From sequence record OK322699.1: 64,000 nt of DNA; one strand, 5' to 3'. The DNA is from Escherichia phage Sa157lw. How positions within the stretch are numbered: position 1 is the stretch's first letter; the number at the start of each line of letters is the position of its first letter. Shown here in pieces: positions 20,074-29,822 of this stretch. Made by a program: the position numbers and the translations under genes. The notes below the pieces were generated by a model. That model had not been told where the DNA came from and did not search any database. It worked only from the letters and a program-made list of their open reading frames with translations.

Positions 20074-20754
20074 ATGAGCAATATGTCAGAAAGGTTACTT
20101 GCGACGCTAGACGCGGTGACTGCCAGAGATGAAGTTGGTAAGGAGGCGATGGAAGCCGTCTCTCCACGTCCAGGTATTGACTTCGATGAAAAAACGGGCG
20201 AGTGGTTTGGTGAACGCCCAGAAGGTTATCAGCCGATTCCAGAACCTCCATCATTGGAAGATATCGCGTCCAAAGAATCCAAGGTTCCGGAGTTTGCGGA
20301 TACTGATGCCACAACAGATTACAAGCGGATACGCGATACAACATACGCCATGCAGGAAGCCACGATGTTCATGATGGGGCAAGCTGCTAAATTAGCTGCA
20401 TCTACCGAAGCCCCAAGAGCGTTTTCCGTGTTTCGTGAATTGGGCGAACTCATGCGCGGCCTGAACAAAGACCTGATGGAAAACCAAAAAACCATCAAAG
20501 CTGTGACAGGGGATAAAGAACCGCCGACTGATGACACAACCGTGGATGTTACCACTTCACCCGACGGGACCACAACAGTATCTGTTGGGAAGAAAGCGAG
20601 ATCTTCGCGCGATTTATTGAAAACGATCGAAGATGCACGCCGCCGCGCTGAAGAACGCGCCCAGGCAAAAGCCACCCAACAAACCGAAGATGAAATTATC
20701 GACGGTGAAACGGTTGACGTGAAGGAAGAAGACGATGGCGTATCAGAAGCGTGA
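20074..20754 (+). CDS. terS: terminase small subunit gp16
   Basis: ATG 20074 with GGAGG SD (ORF-track start 20068 is TTG). Central segment YAMQEATMFMMGQAAKLAASTEAPRAF resembles T4 gp16; acidic C-terminus. Confidence 0.7.
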   Translation: MSNMSERLLATLDAVTARDEVGKEAMEAVSPRPGIDFDEKTGEWFGERPEGYQPIPEPPSLEDIASKESKVPEFADTDATTDYKRIRDTTYAMQEATMFMMGQAAKLAASTEAPRAFSVFRELGELMRGLNKDLMENQKTIKAVTGDKEPPTDDTTVDVTTSPDGTTTVSVGKKARSSRDLLKTIEDARRRAEERAQAKATQQTEDEIIDGETVDVKEEDDGVSEA

Positions 20755-22945
20755 TATAGAATATGCTCCGATAAAAACGGGGTTTAAAATCGACGACGTG
20801 AAATTGCGTATGGACCAGACGTTCATGCGCAAGCCTTCTGTGCGCGCTCCACGAGTCGAGTTGATGCTAACAGATGAACAAGAAGACGAATTTGTTGAAT
20901 GTTCAATGGACGCGCATTACTTCGCTGCCAATTACTACAAGATAACGACAATCGATAAAGGCTTCATCCTTTTCGATATGCATGATTATCAGAAACAATT
21001 ATTTCACGATTTTCAAGATTATCGTTTCAATGCCGTTGTCCAGGCGCGTCAGTCCGGTAAATGCGTCCGTGGTGATACTCTTGTTTATGTCTATGATACA
21101 GTCAGTCAACAAGAGTTGCATCTCACCATAGAAGAGCTTCACAAGCGCTTCGAAGGACCGAACCATGCTGTGCCACTGAATACCATTGGCAACCACAATA
21201 AGTTTGTAGACAGCCGTTTCGGGAAACGATATTTTGTTGAGTCCGACACTGGCTGGGTTCCGGTTATTGCCGCTCATAAAACGAAAGAATACGCTGAATA
21301 CGTGGTCAGGACTGAAACCGGACGCACAATTCATGTCGCAGATGAGCACATGTTCTTCAATGAATATGGGCGCGAAGTATTTGCTAAAGACATGGAGGCC
21401 GGAGATGCCATAATGACCCAGGAGGGAATAGAATTCATCTCTGAGATCTGGGAGACTGGTGAGTACCACCACATGTATGACTTGCAAGTCAAGTCCAGCG
21501 ATCAACGTTATTACACGAATGGGTTCCTCAGCCATAATACCACGGTCGTGGCTGCGTTTCTTCTTTGGTATGCGATGTTCCACTCAGACAAAGAAATCGC
21601 GGTACTGGCAAACAAAGAGAAACAAGCGATTGAAATTCTTGACCGTATCAGGAAGGCGTATCAGGACCTCCCATTCTTCCTTCAGCAGGGTTGTGAGAAG
21701 TTTGGTTCTACACTGATAGAGTTTGAGAACGGCTCTAAGATATATGCTTATGCAACGTCTTCGGACTCTATTCGTGGTCGTTCTGTATCTCTCTTGTACG
21801 TGGACGAAGTCGCATTCATCGAAAATGACTTTGAATTTTGGGAATCAACATTCCCAGCGATCGCATCTGCTGATACTTCACGTTGTATTCTGACCAGTAC
21901 TCCGAAAGGCCAGCGAGGGTTGTTCTATGATATCGTCACCAAAGCAGACCCGCGCCATCCGCAATACAACGACTTCCATCTTACCGAAGTCCCTTGGTAC
22001 AAGGTTCCGGCGTACACCAAAGACCCTGATTGGGAAACCAAACAACGCGCTCGTCTGGGGGATGCCCGTTTTGACCAGGAATTTGGAATCAAGTTCCGTG
22101 GTTCTGTAGGTTCATTGATACCAGCCAAATGCTTGGATAAAATGACATCCAAGTTATATCGAGAGCCTAATGAGTTCACCAAAATTTACAAGGAATATGA
22201 CCCGCAACGCATCTACTTCGGGATCGCAGATACGGGGAAAGGTGTTGAAGGAGATTATTCGGTTCTGACAATTCTGGATATAACGGAATACCCGCATGTC
22301 ATAGCGGCCAAGTACAGGAACAATACAATACCTCCGATGATGTATGCATACACGATAGCTGATATGTGTACTGAATACGGGGAATGCCCTGTCCTTGTCG
22401 AGACGAATAACGACGTTGGTGGACAGGTTATCACGATCTTGTATCAAGAAATTGAGTATCCAGAGATCATATTCACGTCGACGGATAACAAAGGGACAGG
22501 GAAACGGATTGGTGGTCGTAAACCAGAGCCAGGCATTAACACCAACAGGAAAGTGCGATCTATTGGTTGTGCTAACCTGAAAGCGCTTATTGAGAAAGAA
22601 ATGTTGGTGATTGAAGATCAAGACACGATAGATGAACTCAGCACATTCGTGTTCCGTGGTGCGCGTTATGAAGCAGATGATGGATGTCACGACGACTGCG
22701 TTATGCCGTTGGTATTATATTCTTGGGCAGTTAAACAAGAATGGTTCAGTGATCTGACTTCTACCAGTATTTCTCAAGACATGAGAAATAGAATGTCTTC
22801 GACTGAGTCACAACAAGTATTCCCATTTGGTGGTTTAGTCGTGGGAGACACTCCATCTGGAACTGAGCATCTCCCTGGGTTCGGTGGTGTTCAAGTCTTC
22901 GACGAACGTTCAGGGATGACAATGGACGAGTGGTTTAAGAATTGA
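20735..22945 (+). CDS. terL: terminase large subunit gp17, interrupted by an intein
   Basis: Aligns with T4 gp17 on both sides of a 159-aa insertion: Walker A appears as QSGK...TTVVAAF; downstream YAYATSSDSIRGRSVSLLYVDE matches the T4 Walker B region. Confidence 0.9.
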   Translation: MAYQKRDIEYAPIKTGFKIDDVKLRMDQTFMRKPSVRAPRVELMLTDEQEDEFVECSMDAHYFAANYYKITTIDKGFILFDMHDYQKQLFHDFQDYRFNAVVQARQSGKCVRGDTLVYVYDTVSQQELHLTIEELHKRFEGPNHAVPLNTIGNHNKFVDSRFGKRYFVESDTGWVPVIAAHKTKEYAEYVVRTETGRTIHVADEHMFFNEYGREVFAKDMEAGDAIMTQEGIEFISEIWETGEYHHMYDLQVKSSDQRYYTNGFLSHNTTVVAAFLLWYAMFHSDKEIAVLANKEKQAIEILDRIRKAYQDLPFFLQQGCEKFGSTLIEFENGSKIYAYATSSDSIRGRSVSLLYVDEVAFIENDFEFWESTFPAIASADTSRCILTSTPKGQRGLFYDIVTKADPRHPQYNDFHLTEVPWYKVPAYTKDPDWETKQRARLGDARFDQEFGIKFRGSVGSLIPAKCLDKMTSKLYREPNEFTKIYKEYDPQRIYFGIADTGKGVEGDYSVLTILDITEYPHVIAAKYRNNTIPPMMYAYTIADMCTEYGECPVLVETNNDVGGQVITILYQEIEYPEIIFTSTDNKGTGKRIGGRKPEPGINTNRKVRSIGCANLKALIEKEMLVIEDQDTIDELSTFVFRGARYEADDGCHDDCVMPLVLYSWAVKQEWFSDLTSTSISQDMRNRMSSTESQQVFPFGGLVVGDTPSGTEHLPGFGGVQVFDERSGMTMDEWFKN
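21062..21538 (+). mobile_element. mini-intein (159 aa) inserted in the terminase P-loop
   Basis: Begins CVRGDTLV, ends GFLSHN followed by +1 Thr; block B-like TGRTIHVADEH; block G-like YDLQVKS...NGFLSHN; no endonuclease domain. Confidence 0.8.
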
Positions 22946-22948
22946 TCA

Positions 22949-22959
22949 CTAAATATCTT
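22949..22959 (+). promoter_or_regulatory. late-promoter motif variant CTAAATATCTT
   Basis: About 40 nt upstream of gp18 ATG. Confidence 0.4.
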
Positions 22960-22997
22960 TCAAATTGAGCGAAACTCTACCGAGAAGGAATAACATT

Positions 22998-24893
22998 ATG
23001 GCAACTCAAAGCTTCAGCGTTGCGCCGTCCGTACAGTGGACTGAGCGTGATGCCACGCTTCAGACTTCTCCGTCCGTGGTTGTTCAGGGCGCGACAGTCG
23101 GCAAATTTCAATGGGGTGAAGTCGAACTCCCAGTGCTGGTGACTGGTGGTGAGACGGGTTTGGTGAAGAAATTCTTCAAACCTAATGACAGCACTGCGAC
23201 AGATTTCCTTGTGATTGCAGACTTTTTGTCTTACAGCTCTATGGCATGGGTCACTCGTGTTGTTGGTCCTCTGGCCAAGAACTCTGTCACCAAAGGCCAG
23301 ACAGCCATCACGATCAAAAACAAGCTGGATTTTGAAACAGCAAGTCCGTCAGCGTCTATCACTTGGGCTGGTCGTTATCCAGGATCTCTGGGGAATGACA
23401 TCGCCATCAATGTTTGTGACTCCGCTGGATTCCCGACATGGGAATTCCGTAACAACTTTGCGTACGCACCTCAGTCTGGTGAATTCCATGTTGTGGTTGT
23501 AGACAAAGTTGGGCGCATTACTGACTCTGCTGGTGCGGTTGGTCAGGTTGACCGTATCTCTGTTTCTGGCACGGCAACCGCAGCTGGCACCATCAGTGTG
23601 GCGGGTGAAGATATCGCATATCTGGATACTGATACTCCGGCCACTTTGGCGACCAAAATTGGCGCGGCGCTGACGGCGCTAACAGATGTTTATTCTTCTG
23701 TCGTTGTTAAGTCTAACACTGTCATCGTGACCCATAAAGCCATTGGTCCCCAGACAGTTACTGCTATTGTTCCAGATGATAAGGGGCTGACTGCAACCGC
23801 CGTGATTACCACTGTTGGCGCATCTGGTTCTATTATCGAAAAATACGAACTCATGCAGAACACACAGGGTTCCAAAAAGTCCGATGGCGCGAATGCGTAC
23901 TTCAAAGATGTCATCAATGATACATCAAATTGGGTGTACACCTTCGCCACCGCTCTGGCCGCAGGTGTTGTTGAATTAGAAGGCGGCGTAGACGACTACA
24001 ATATCAACCGTGTCGCGGCTATCCAAGTTCTGAACAACGCCGAAGCATATGATGCGAAGCCAGTATTTGCATACTGTGAAGAGTTGATTGAACAACAGGC
24101 ATTAATCGACTTGTCTACCGAGCGAAAAGACACCGTTTCCTTCGTGTCGCCTTTGCGTGATACTGTGGTCGGCAACCGTGGCCGTGAGATGGACGATGTG
24201 GTCGCTTGGCGTGAAAGTCTGGTGCGCGACTCCTCCTATTTCTTCATGGACGACAACTGGGCATACGTGTACGATAAATACAACGATAAGATGCGCTGGA
24301 TCCCTGCTTGCGGCGGTACAGCGGGTGTTTGGGCACGTAGTATTGAAATCGCGGGTATCTACAAATCTCCTGCGTTCCACAACCGTGGCAAATACAACAA
24401 CTACAATCGAATGGCGTGGTCTGCGTCTTCCGATGAACGTGCCGTGTTGTACCGCAACCAGATTAACAGCATCGTGACCTTCTCCAATGAAGGTATCGTG
24501 TTGTATGGTGACAAAACTGGTCTGACTCGTCCGTCTGCTTTCGATCGTATCAATGTTCGCGGTCTGTTTATTATGGCAGAACAGAACATCGCTGCAATCG
24601 CCAAATATTACCTTGGTGAGAACAATGATGCGTTCACTCGCAGTCTGTTCAGCAACGCTGTTCGTCCTTATATTCGCCAGCTGGCAAATATGGGTGCGAT
24701 CTACGATGGTAAAGTCAAGTGTGACGAAGATAACAACACTGCTGACGTTATTGCGGCAAACCAGATGGTCGCTGGTATCTGGCTGAAACCGGAATACAGC
24801 ATCAATTGGGTGTATCTTGACTTTGCTGCAGTTCGTCCGGATATGGAGTTCTCGGAAATTGAATCCGGCGGCGGCATCGTTGCTGCTTCTTAA
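22998..24893 (+). CDS. gp18: tail sheath protein gp18
   Basis: ATG 22998 with GAAGGAA SD; GKFQWGEV and DKYNDKMRWIP motifs match T4 gp18 (GKFQWGP, DKYNDVNRWVP). Confidence 0.9.
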   Translation: MATQSFSVAPSVQWTERDATLQTSPSVVVQGATVGKFQWGEVELPVLVTGGETGLVKKFFKPNDSTATDFLVIADFLSYSSMAWVTRVVGPLAKNSVTKGQTAITIKNKLDFETASPSASITWAGRYPGSLGNDIAINVCDSAGFPTWEFRNNFAYAPQSGEFHVVVVDKVGRITDSAGAVGQVDRISVSGTATAAGTISVAGEDIAYLDTDTPATLATKIGAALTALTDVYSSVVVKSNTVIVTHKAIGPQTVTAIVPDDKGLTATAVITTVGASGSIIEKYELMQNTQGSKKSDGANAYFKDVINDTSNWVYTFATALAAGVVELEGGVDDYNINRVAAIQVLNNAEAYDAKPVFAYCEELIEQQALIDLSTERKDTVSFVSPLRDTVVGNRGREMDDVVAWRESLVRDSSYFFMDDNWAYVYDKYNDKMRWIPACGGTAGVWARSIEIAGIYKSPAFHNRGKYNNYNRMAWSASSDERAVLYRNQINSIVTFSNEGIVLYGDKTGLTRPSAFDRINVRGLFIMAEQNIAAIAKYYLGENNDAFTRSLFSNAVRPYIRQLANMGAIYDGKVKCDEDNNTADVIAANQMVAGIWLKPEYSINWVYLDFAAVRPDMEFSEIESGGGIVAAS

Positions 24894-24899
24894 AAGATC

Positions 24900-24927
24900 A
24901 ACCCCGCTTCGGCGGGGTTTTCCTTTA
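24900..24927 (+). terminator. rho-independent terminator (AACCCCGC-TTCG-GCGGGGTT plus T-run)
   Basis: Same stem as terminators at 7418, 12135, 31257, 47268. Confidence 0.65.
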
Positions 24928-24949
24928 TCCCACATATTTGAGTTATTGA

Positions 24950-25408
24950 ATGATATACGCATACAAAATTGAAATGGTTTGTAATGGAAAGGTCTACATC
25001 GGTGTGACCAATGACCCACAACGAAGATATGATCAGCATTTTGCGAATGCCTTTCATCATGGCGTCCAAAGTGAATTGTATGACGCCATGCGTAAGTATG
25101 GAACATCTGGATTTACTTTCGTTGTAATTGCTCAGACCGATGAAGTCCATAAATGGGAATTAGAGAAGCAACTCATCGCTCAATATAATTCTTATGAGAT
25201 GGGTTACAACATGAATAAAGGCGGTAATGATGGAAGTCATATGCTGGGTAAAACTGCAGCAAAATTGACATCCACAGGTGAACACATTGGTCTTGTTTCT
25301 CTCATAGATCCCCGTTGGGAATTGTGTGAAATCGAACCTGTTTCAAGTAATGTTCATCATAGTTTCGATCTTTCTTCTATGAAGATTAAAAGATTGACGA
25401 CTAATTAG
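24950..25408 (+). CDS. GIY-YIG endonuclease (putative homing endonuclease)
   Basis: N-terminal IYAYKIE...GKVYIGVT...R...H...E fits the GIY-YIG catalytic motif; inserted between the sheath and tube genes. Confidence 0.65.
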   Translation: MIYAYKIEMVCNGKVYIGVTNDPQRRYDQHFANAFHHGVQSELYDAMRKYGTSGFTFVVIAQTDEVHKWELEKQLIAQYNSYEMGYNMNKGGNDGSHMLGKTAAKLTSTGEHIGLVSLIDPRWELCEIEPVSSNVHHSFDLSSMKIKRLTTN

Positions 25409-25438
25409 AATTGTGTACTCTTATTTGGAGATATAAAA

Positions 25439-25972
25439 ATGGCGACAGTCAATGAGTTTCGCGCAGCCATGTCACGAGGGGGCGGCGTACAACGCCAACA
25501 CCGCTGGCGTGTGACTGTAAACTTTCCTTCTTTTGTTGCTGGTTCCGACACAATTCGCGACGTGTCCTTGCTGGCTGTAACTACCAACACCCCGACAGGT
25601 CAGCTGGGTGAAATTCTGGTGCCCTGGGGTGGTCGTGAACTTCCATTCCCAGGCGACCGTCGTTTCGAAGCACTGCCTGTAACATTCATTAACGTTGTGA
25701 ACAACGCGCCGTACAACGCATTTGAAGTGTGGCAGCAATTCATCAATGGTAGTGAAAACAACCGTGCCAGCGCGAATCCAGATGATTATTTCCGTGATAT
25801 CATCATGGAGCTTCTGGATGCGAATGACAATGTCACCAAGACATGGACTTTGCAGGGTGGCTGGCCTCAAAACCTCGGCCAATTGGAACTCGATATGTCT
25901 GCGATGGACTCTTATACACAGTTCACCGTCGATCTGCGTTATTTCCAAGCCGTGTCAGACAAATCTTTATAA
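25439..25972 (+). CDS. gp19: tail tube protein gp19
   Basis: C-terminus GGWPQNLGQLELDMSAMDSYTQFTVDLRYFQ vs T4 GLWPTNVGELQLDWDSNNEIQTFEVTLALDYW. Confidence 0.8.
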   Translation: MATVNEFRAAMSRGGGVQRQHRWRVTVNFPSFVAGSDTIRDVSLLAVTTNTPTGQLGEILVPWGGRELPFPGDRRFEALPVTFINVVNNAPYNAFEVWQQFINGSENNRASANPDDYFRDIIMELLDANDNVTKTWTLQGGWPQNLGQLELDMSAMDSYTQFTVDLRYFQAVSDKSL

Positions 25973-26039
25973 TGTCCTCGGTGCTGGGGGAATCATATTC
26001 CCCCTCACTAATTACAAGAAAATGTTGAGGACTTAGATC

Positions 26040-27722
26040 ATGGCTGGATACGGCAGAGGGTTCTTCGGTTTGTTTGGCGGCGGCGGTTTGGTGAACGCTA
26101 AAGTCGACACCGATAAGTTAGCCCAAAAACAAGATGAACGGTTGCTAACCAAAGCGACAGTTGTTGCTCTGGACGACGCTCAAGACGGTTCTATAATCCT
26201 TCAGGGTGGTGCGAACACCTACAACTATGTTGGCGTTGAAAGTGAACTTCTCAGCGTTAAAACAGTTGTGGAAGAATATCAGTCCATGGCTCAACAGCCT
26301 GAAATTCGCAAAGCGGTGGACATTATTGTCAATGATGTTGTCACCTGTGAGGAAGATGAAACTCCAGTGACAGTAAACCTTGACAAAGTTGAAGGGATAT
26401 CTGATACTGTTAAAGAATCTATCACTGAATGCTTCAAAGAAGTTATGCACTTGATGGACTTTGACAATACGGCATATCAGAAGATCCGGAAATGGTATGT
26501 TGACGGTCGACAAGCATATCATGTCATCGTTGATCCCACGAATAAAAAAGGCGGGATCAAGAAATTAGTTATGCTTGATTCTCGTTGCATTCGTCCTGTC
26601 TATATCGTTGAGAAGGCGATGCGTGAAGGCGGTATTGAAGCAATAGAATCCGTAACATTGAAGTATTATTACAACCCGAATTATAATCGAAACCAATTCA
26701 CTGGCCAATCTGGTACTTCCCAGAACTTCCAGCCTTCACAGCAAGAACTCGTATTCGATGACGAAAGCATTGTTTACATCGATAGTGGTGAAGAGCCATT
26801 GGCCAATGGTATTGTCCCAGGCCTTTTAAATCCTGCTATCCGTCCGTTGAACAACCTGGTTACGACTGAAGATGCGACTGTAATTTATGCCATCACTCGC
26901 GCCCCTGAGAAACGCGCATTCTATCTTGACGTCGGTACTCTCGGTAAGAAATCTGCTGAAGAATACATGACCATGATGATGGGTAAATTCAAAAACCGCA
27001 ACGCATATGACCGCACCACTGGTAAGATAACAGGTAATGCCCATCTTATGGGTATTGCAGAGGATTATTGGTTGCCGCGCCGCGAAGGTCAGAATGCTAC
27101 AGAGATCGCGACTGTTGGGGGTGGGAATCAATTGGGTGAAATGGATCACGTGAACTATTTCCGTGAAAAACTCTATGATGCTCTAATGATCCCTAAGAGC
27201 CGCCTCCAAGAGGAAGGATCTATTAACATTGGGGGTTCTAACCTTGCGGAGATTACACAGGAAGAGCTGCGTTTCAGCAAGTTCTGTGCTGGGTTACGTC
27301 GTCGTTACTCCCATTTCTTTATGGAGTTTTTACGTCGCCAATTAATTTTGAAAGGCGTGACTGACGAAAAAGATTGGAATGAAAAAATCAAGCCGTTTAT
27401 TAAGTTTGAATTCACTTCTGATAGCTATATTCGTGAGCAACAAGAAAACGCCATATTAAATGATCGCCTGGCTTCTCTGAACACTGTTGAGCCTTTTGTT
27501 GGTTCTATATTCTCCATCGATTATGTCATGCGGAATGTTCTGCGTATGTCAGACGAAGAAGTTAAAGAACAACAGGCTAAGATCGCGGAAGAGAAGAAGA
27601 AAGGTCTCTATCCGAAGGTTCAAGCAGATGAAACTGGCAATTATAGTGGTTCAGATGTTAGTCCGTTGAAGTTTAAACCTGAGACTCTCCCATTCTCCGG
27701 TTCAACAGACGATAGTATTTAA
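26040..27722 (+). CDS. gp20: portal vertex protein gp20
   Basis: ITRAPEKRAFYLDVG...GIAEDYWLPRREGQNATEIATVGG matches T4 gp20 ITRAPDRRVWYVDTG...[24 protein letters not shown]. Confidence 0.85.
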   Translation: MAGYGRGFFGLFGGGGLVNAKVDTDKLAQKQDERLLTKATVVALDDAQDGSIILQGGANTYNYVGVESELLSVKTVVEEYQSMAQQPEIRKAVDIIVNDVVTCEEDETPVTVNLDKVEGISDTVKESITECFKEVMHLMDFDNTAYQKIRKWYVDGRQAYHVIVDPTNKKGGIKKLVMLDSRCIRPVYIVEKAMREGGIEAIESVTLKYYYNPNYNRNQFTGQSGTSQNFQPSQQELVFDDESIVYIDSGEEPLANGIVPGLLNPAIRPLNNLVTTEDATVIYAITRAPEKRAFYLDVGTLGKKSAEEYMTMMMGKFKNRNAYDRTTGKITGNAHLMGIAEDYWLPRREGQNATEIATVGGGNQLGEMDHVNYFREKLYDALMIPKSRLQEEGSINIGGSNLAEITQEELRFSKFCAGLRRRYSHFFMEFLRRQLILKGVTDEKDWNEKIKPFIKFEFTSDSYIREQQENAILNDRLASLNTVEPFVGSIFSIDYVMRNVLRMSDEEVKEQQAKIAEEKKKGLYPKVQADETGNYSGSDVSPLKFKPETLPFSGSTDDSI

Positions 27723-27729
27723 AGTTCAA

Positions 27730-27740
27730 CTAAATATAGA
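27730..27740 (+). promoter_or_regulatory. late-promoter motif variant CTAAATATAGA
   Basis: About 25 nt upstream of the small ORF at 27764. Confidence 0.35.
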
Positions 27741-27763
27741 AAATTAATTCGGAGATCAAAATC

Positions 27764-27934
27764 ATGAGCGCAATTGATATCGTTCGTGCAGTAATTGACG
27801 GTGACACTGAAACTGCTGTTGCAGAATGCAACATGGAACTTGATGCACGTAGTCAAGAACTATTGAACCAAGGCACAGCATATGTTCTGGATTCTATCGC
27901 AGCCGATATGAATTCAAACAACAACGGCCAGTAA
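27764..27934 (+). CDS. gp67: prohead core protein gp67-like (56 aa)
   Basis: Short ORF not in the ORF track (<60 aa); position between gp20 and gp68 as in T4; GGAG SD. Confidence 0.45.
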   Translation: MSAIDIVRAVIDGDTETAVAECNMELDARSQELLNQGTAYVLDSIAADMNSNNNGQ

Positions 27935-27942
27935 GGAGATGC

Positions 27943-28260
27943 ATGATGGAAATCACAGAGATCGCCACGTTCGCTGATTTCCTGGCCTCTCGTATGGACG
28001 AGCAGCGAGTCATCGATAAAGTGAACGCTCGTGGTAAACGCCGCCGCCGCTTGAAATGTGCCCCTGGGTTCAAATTGTCGGCTGATGGTTCACGTTGTGA
28101 AGTTATGGACGCCAGCGAACGTCGTGTTCGCAAGATCGGCAACCGCAAAGCCCTCCGCTCTAAAAAGCGTATGGGAATGGGCTATCAACGTAAAATCGAG
28201 CGCCGCAAGAAAAAGGCTATGAAGTTCCGCAAAATGATGGGACTGAGTAAGAACAAGTAA
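27943..28260 (+). CDS. gp68: prohead core protein gp68-like (highly basic)
   Basis: AAGGAG SD; Lys/Arg-rich; synteny 20-67-68-21. Confidence 0.5.
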   Translation: MMEITEIATFADFLASRMDEQRVIDKVNARGKRRRRLKCAPGFKLSADGSRCEVMDASERRVRKIGNRKALRSKKRMGMGYQRKIERRKKKAMKFRKMMGLSKNK

Positions 28261-28267
28261 GGAGTTT

Positions 28268-28936
28268 ATGATGAAACTGTTGCGTGAGATCACAGCGATA
28301 GGGAAGGATCTTCAAATCGGTGAGGCCACAACCTCAACTGGTGGGAAGGCCATGTTCATCGAAGGTCCGTTTGTGATGTGTAACCAAGTCAACCGTAACG
28401 GGCGTAACTATGATCTACAGAAAGTGGGTATTCCTGCTGTCGAAGCATACGACAAAGAGTATATCCAAGATCGTCGCGCAATCGGTGAAGTCACACATCC
28501 TGACTATCCTTTCCCTAATTTAGTGGAAGCTGCGCTCAAAACCGAATCCCTTCGATGGGAAGGCACTAATGCCATCGGTCGGGCGAGAATTTTAAACACA
28601 CCAAAAGGCCAAATCATTCGTGCATTGGCCGAAGCAGACTTCAATCTGGCCGTATCTACTCGTGGCCTGGGTGAGACTAAGTCGGTAAGCGGTTATGATG
28701 ATGTTCAGCCTGGCTTTATGCTTACCGCCGTTGACGCAGTTGACCGTCCTTCTGGACAAGTTTGTTATGTTAAGGCTGTGAGTGAATCTGTTGAATGGCA
28801 GCTGGACGAGGCTTCGGGTATTTGGATGCCTCGTGATGTTAAAGGGAAAGTTGTAGACCAGTTGGTGAAAGCCAATATCCAGGTTGAAGACGATTTCCTG
28901 CGCCGCCTTGATGCAGCATTGAATCATCTGGGCTGA
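28268..28936 (+). CDS. gp21: prohead core protease gp21
   Basis: NRNGRNYDLQKV...GEVTHPDYP...GRARI...STRGLG pattern matches T4 gp21. Confidence 0.85.
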   Translation: MMKLLREITAIGKDLQIGEATTSTGGKAMFIEGPFVMCNQVNRNGRNYDLQKVGIPAVEAYDKEYIQDRRAIGEVTHPDYPFPNLVEAALKTESLRWEGTNAIGRARILNTPKGQIIRALAEADFNLAVSTRGLGETKSVSGYDDVQPGFMLTAVDAVDRPSGQVCYVKAVSESVEWQLDEASGIWMPRDVKGKVVDQLVKANIQVEDDFLRRLDAALNHLG

Positions 28937-28947
28937 ATTTCAGCTCA

Positions 28948-28958
28948 CTAAATACTGA
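28948..28958 (+). promoter_or_regulatory. late-promoter motif variant CTAAATACTGA
   Basis: 25 nt upstream of gp22 ATG. Confidence 0.4.
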
Positions 28959-28982
28959 AAAATCGTTCAGAAGGAAACTATC

Positions 28983-29822
28983 ATGAAACCTGAATTGCAA
29001 AATCTGTTTGAAGGCGTTAACGGCATCAGCCCAGATTTCCTGGATAAAGTATCCAATTTGCTGGAATCGAAAGTTGAAGCGGCTCGTCTGAAAGCTATCC
29101 AAGAAACCGAAGCAGCTGGCAACGTCGAGCGCCTGAATCTGGTAGAATCTCACCAGAAAGAAATCGCCGACCTGAAAGAAAATTTCATTCTGCAATTGGC
29201 TGGGAAAGTTGACTCATTCCTCAACGCGGTGGTTGAAGAATGGGCTAACAAAAATGCCCCAGCTATTGACGCTCAGATCAAAACTGAAGCTGCTGAACGC
29301 TTCCTCACTGGTTTCTCCAACGTGCTGAAAGAAGCAGGTGTGAGTTTCGCTACTGACCCAGACGGTCAGATTGCCGCCCTCACCAGTCGCCTTGCTGAAG
29401 CAGAACAACGCGCCAACATGGCTAATACAGAGTTGAGCCAACTCAAAGAAAGCGAGACTAAACGCCAGCGCACCGACGTAATTGATCGCATTTGTGAAGG
29501 TATGGTTGACACCAAGAAAGACACTGTTGTCAACCTGCTGGAAGGTATTGAATTCCAGACCGAGTCTGAATTCGAATCGCGTGTTCGCACCTTCCGTAAT
29601 CTGGTAGAAGGTAAAGATGACTTCTCTGACAAAGTCGGTAAAGACAATGAAAAGGGTAAGCCAGATGGCGACAAGGCTGAAAAAGACATCAAAGAAGGTA
29701 AGAAACAGAAAAAAGAAGGTGATGATGTTGACGACGATAAAGACGACGACGACAAAGACGAAGTTGGCAAAGAAGTCAACGAAGCCGTCCGTCGCCAGAT
29801 CAGCGCCATTCTGAACGGCTAA
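28983..29822 (+). CDS. gp22: prohead scaffold protein gp22
   Basis: Coiled-coil-rich, acidic Lys/Asp C-terminus (KKEGDDVDDDKDDDDKDE); synteny. Confidence 0.75.
   Translation: MKPELQNLFEGVNGISPDFLDKVSNLLESKVEAARLKAIQETEAAGNVERLNLVESHQKEIADLKENFILQLAGKVDSFLNAVVEEWANKNAPAIDAQIKTEAAERFLTGFSNVLKEAGVSFATDPDGQIAALTSRLAEAEQRANMANTELSQLKESETKRQRTDVIDRICEGMVDTKKDTVVNLLEGIEFQTESEFESRVRTFRNLVEGKDDFSDKVGKDNEKGKPDGDKAEKDIKEGKKQKKEGDDVDDDKDDDDKDEVGKEVNEAVRRQISAILNG

Noticed and set aside
20999-21583. 194-aa minus-strand ORF inside the terminase large subunit gene
   Set aside because: Antisense shadow ORF within a well-supported + strand gene; no SD and no independent evidence.
24102-25106. 334-aa minus-strand ORF overlapping the tail sheath gene and GIY-YIG gene
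   Set aside because: Overlaps two strongly supported + strand genes and a terminator; typical shadow frame.
25986-26004. Perfect hairpin GGGGGAAT-CAT-ATTCCCCC between the tail tube and portal genes, considered as a terminator
   Set aside because: No downstream T-tract and the portal gene must be co-expressed; more likely an RNA-stability or processing element, so not called as a terminator.
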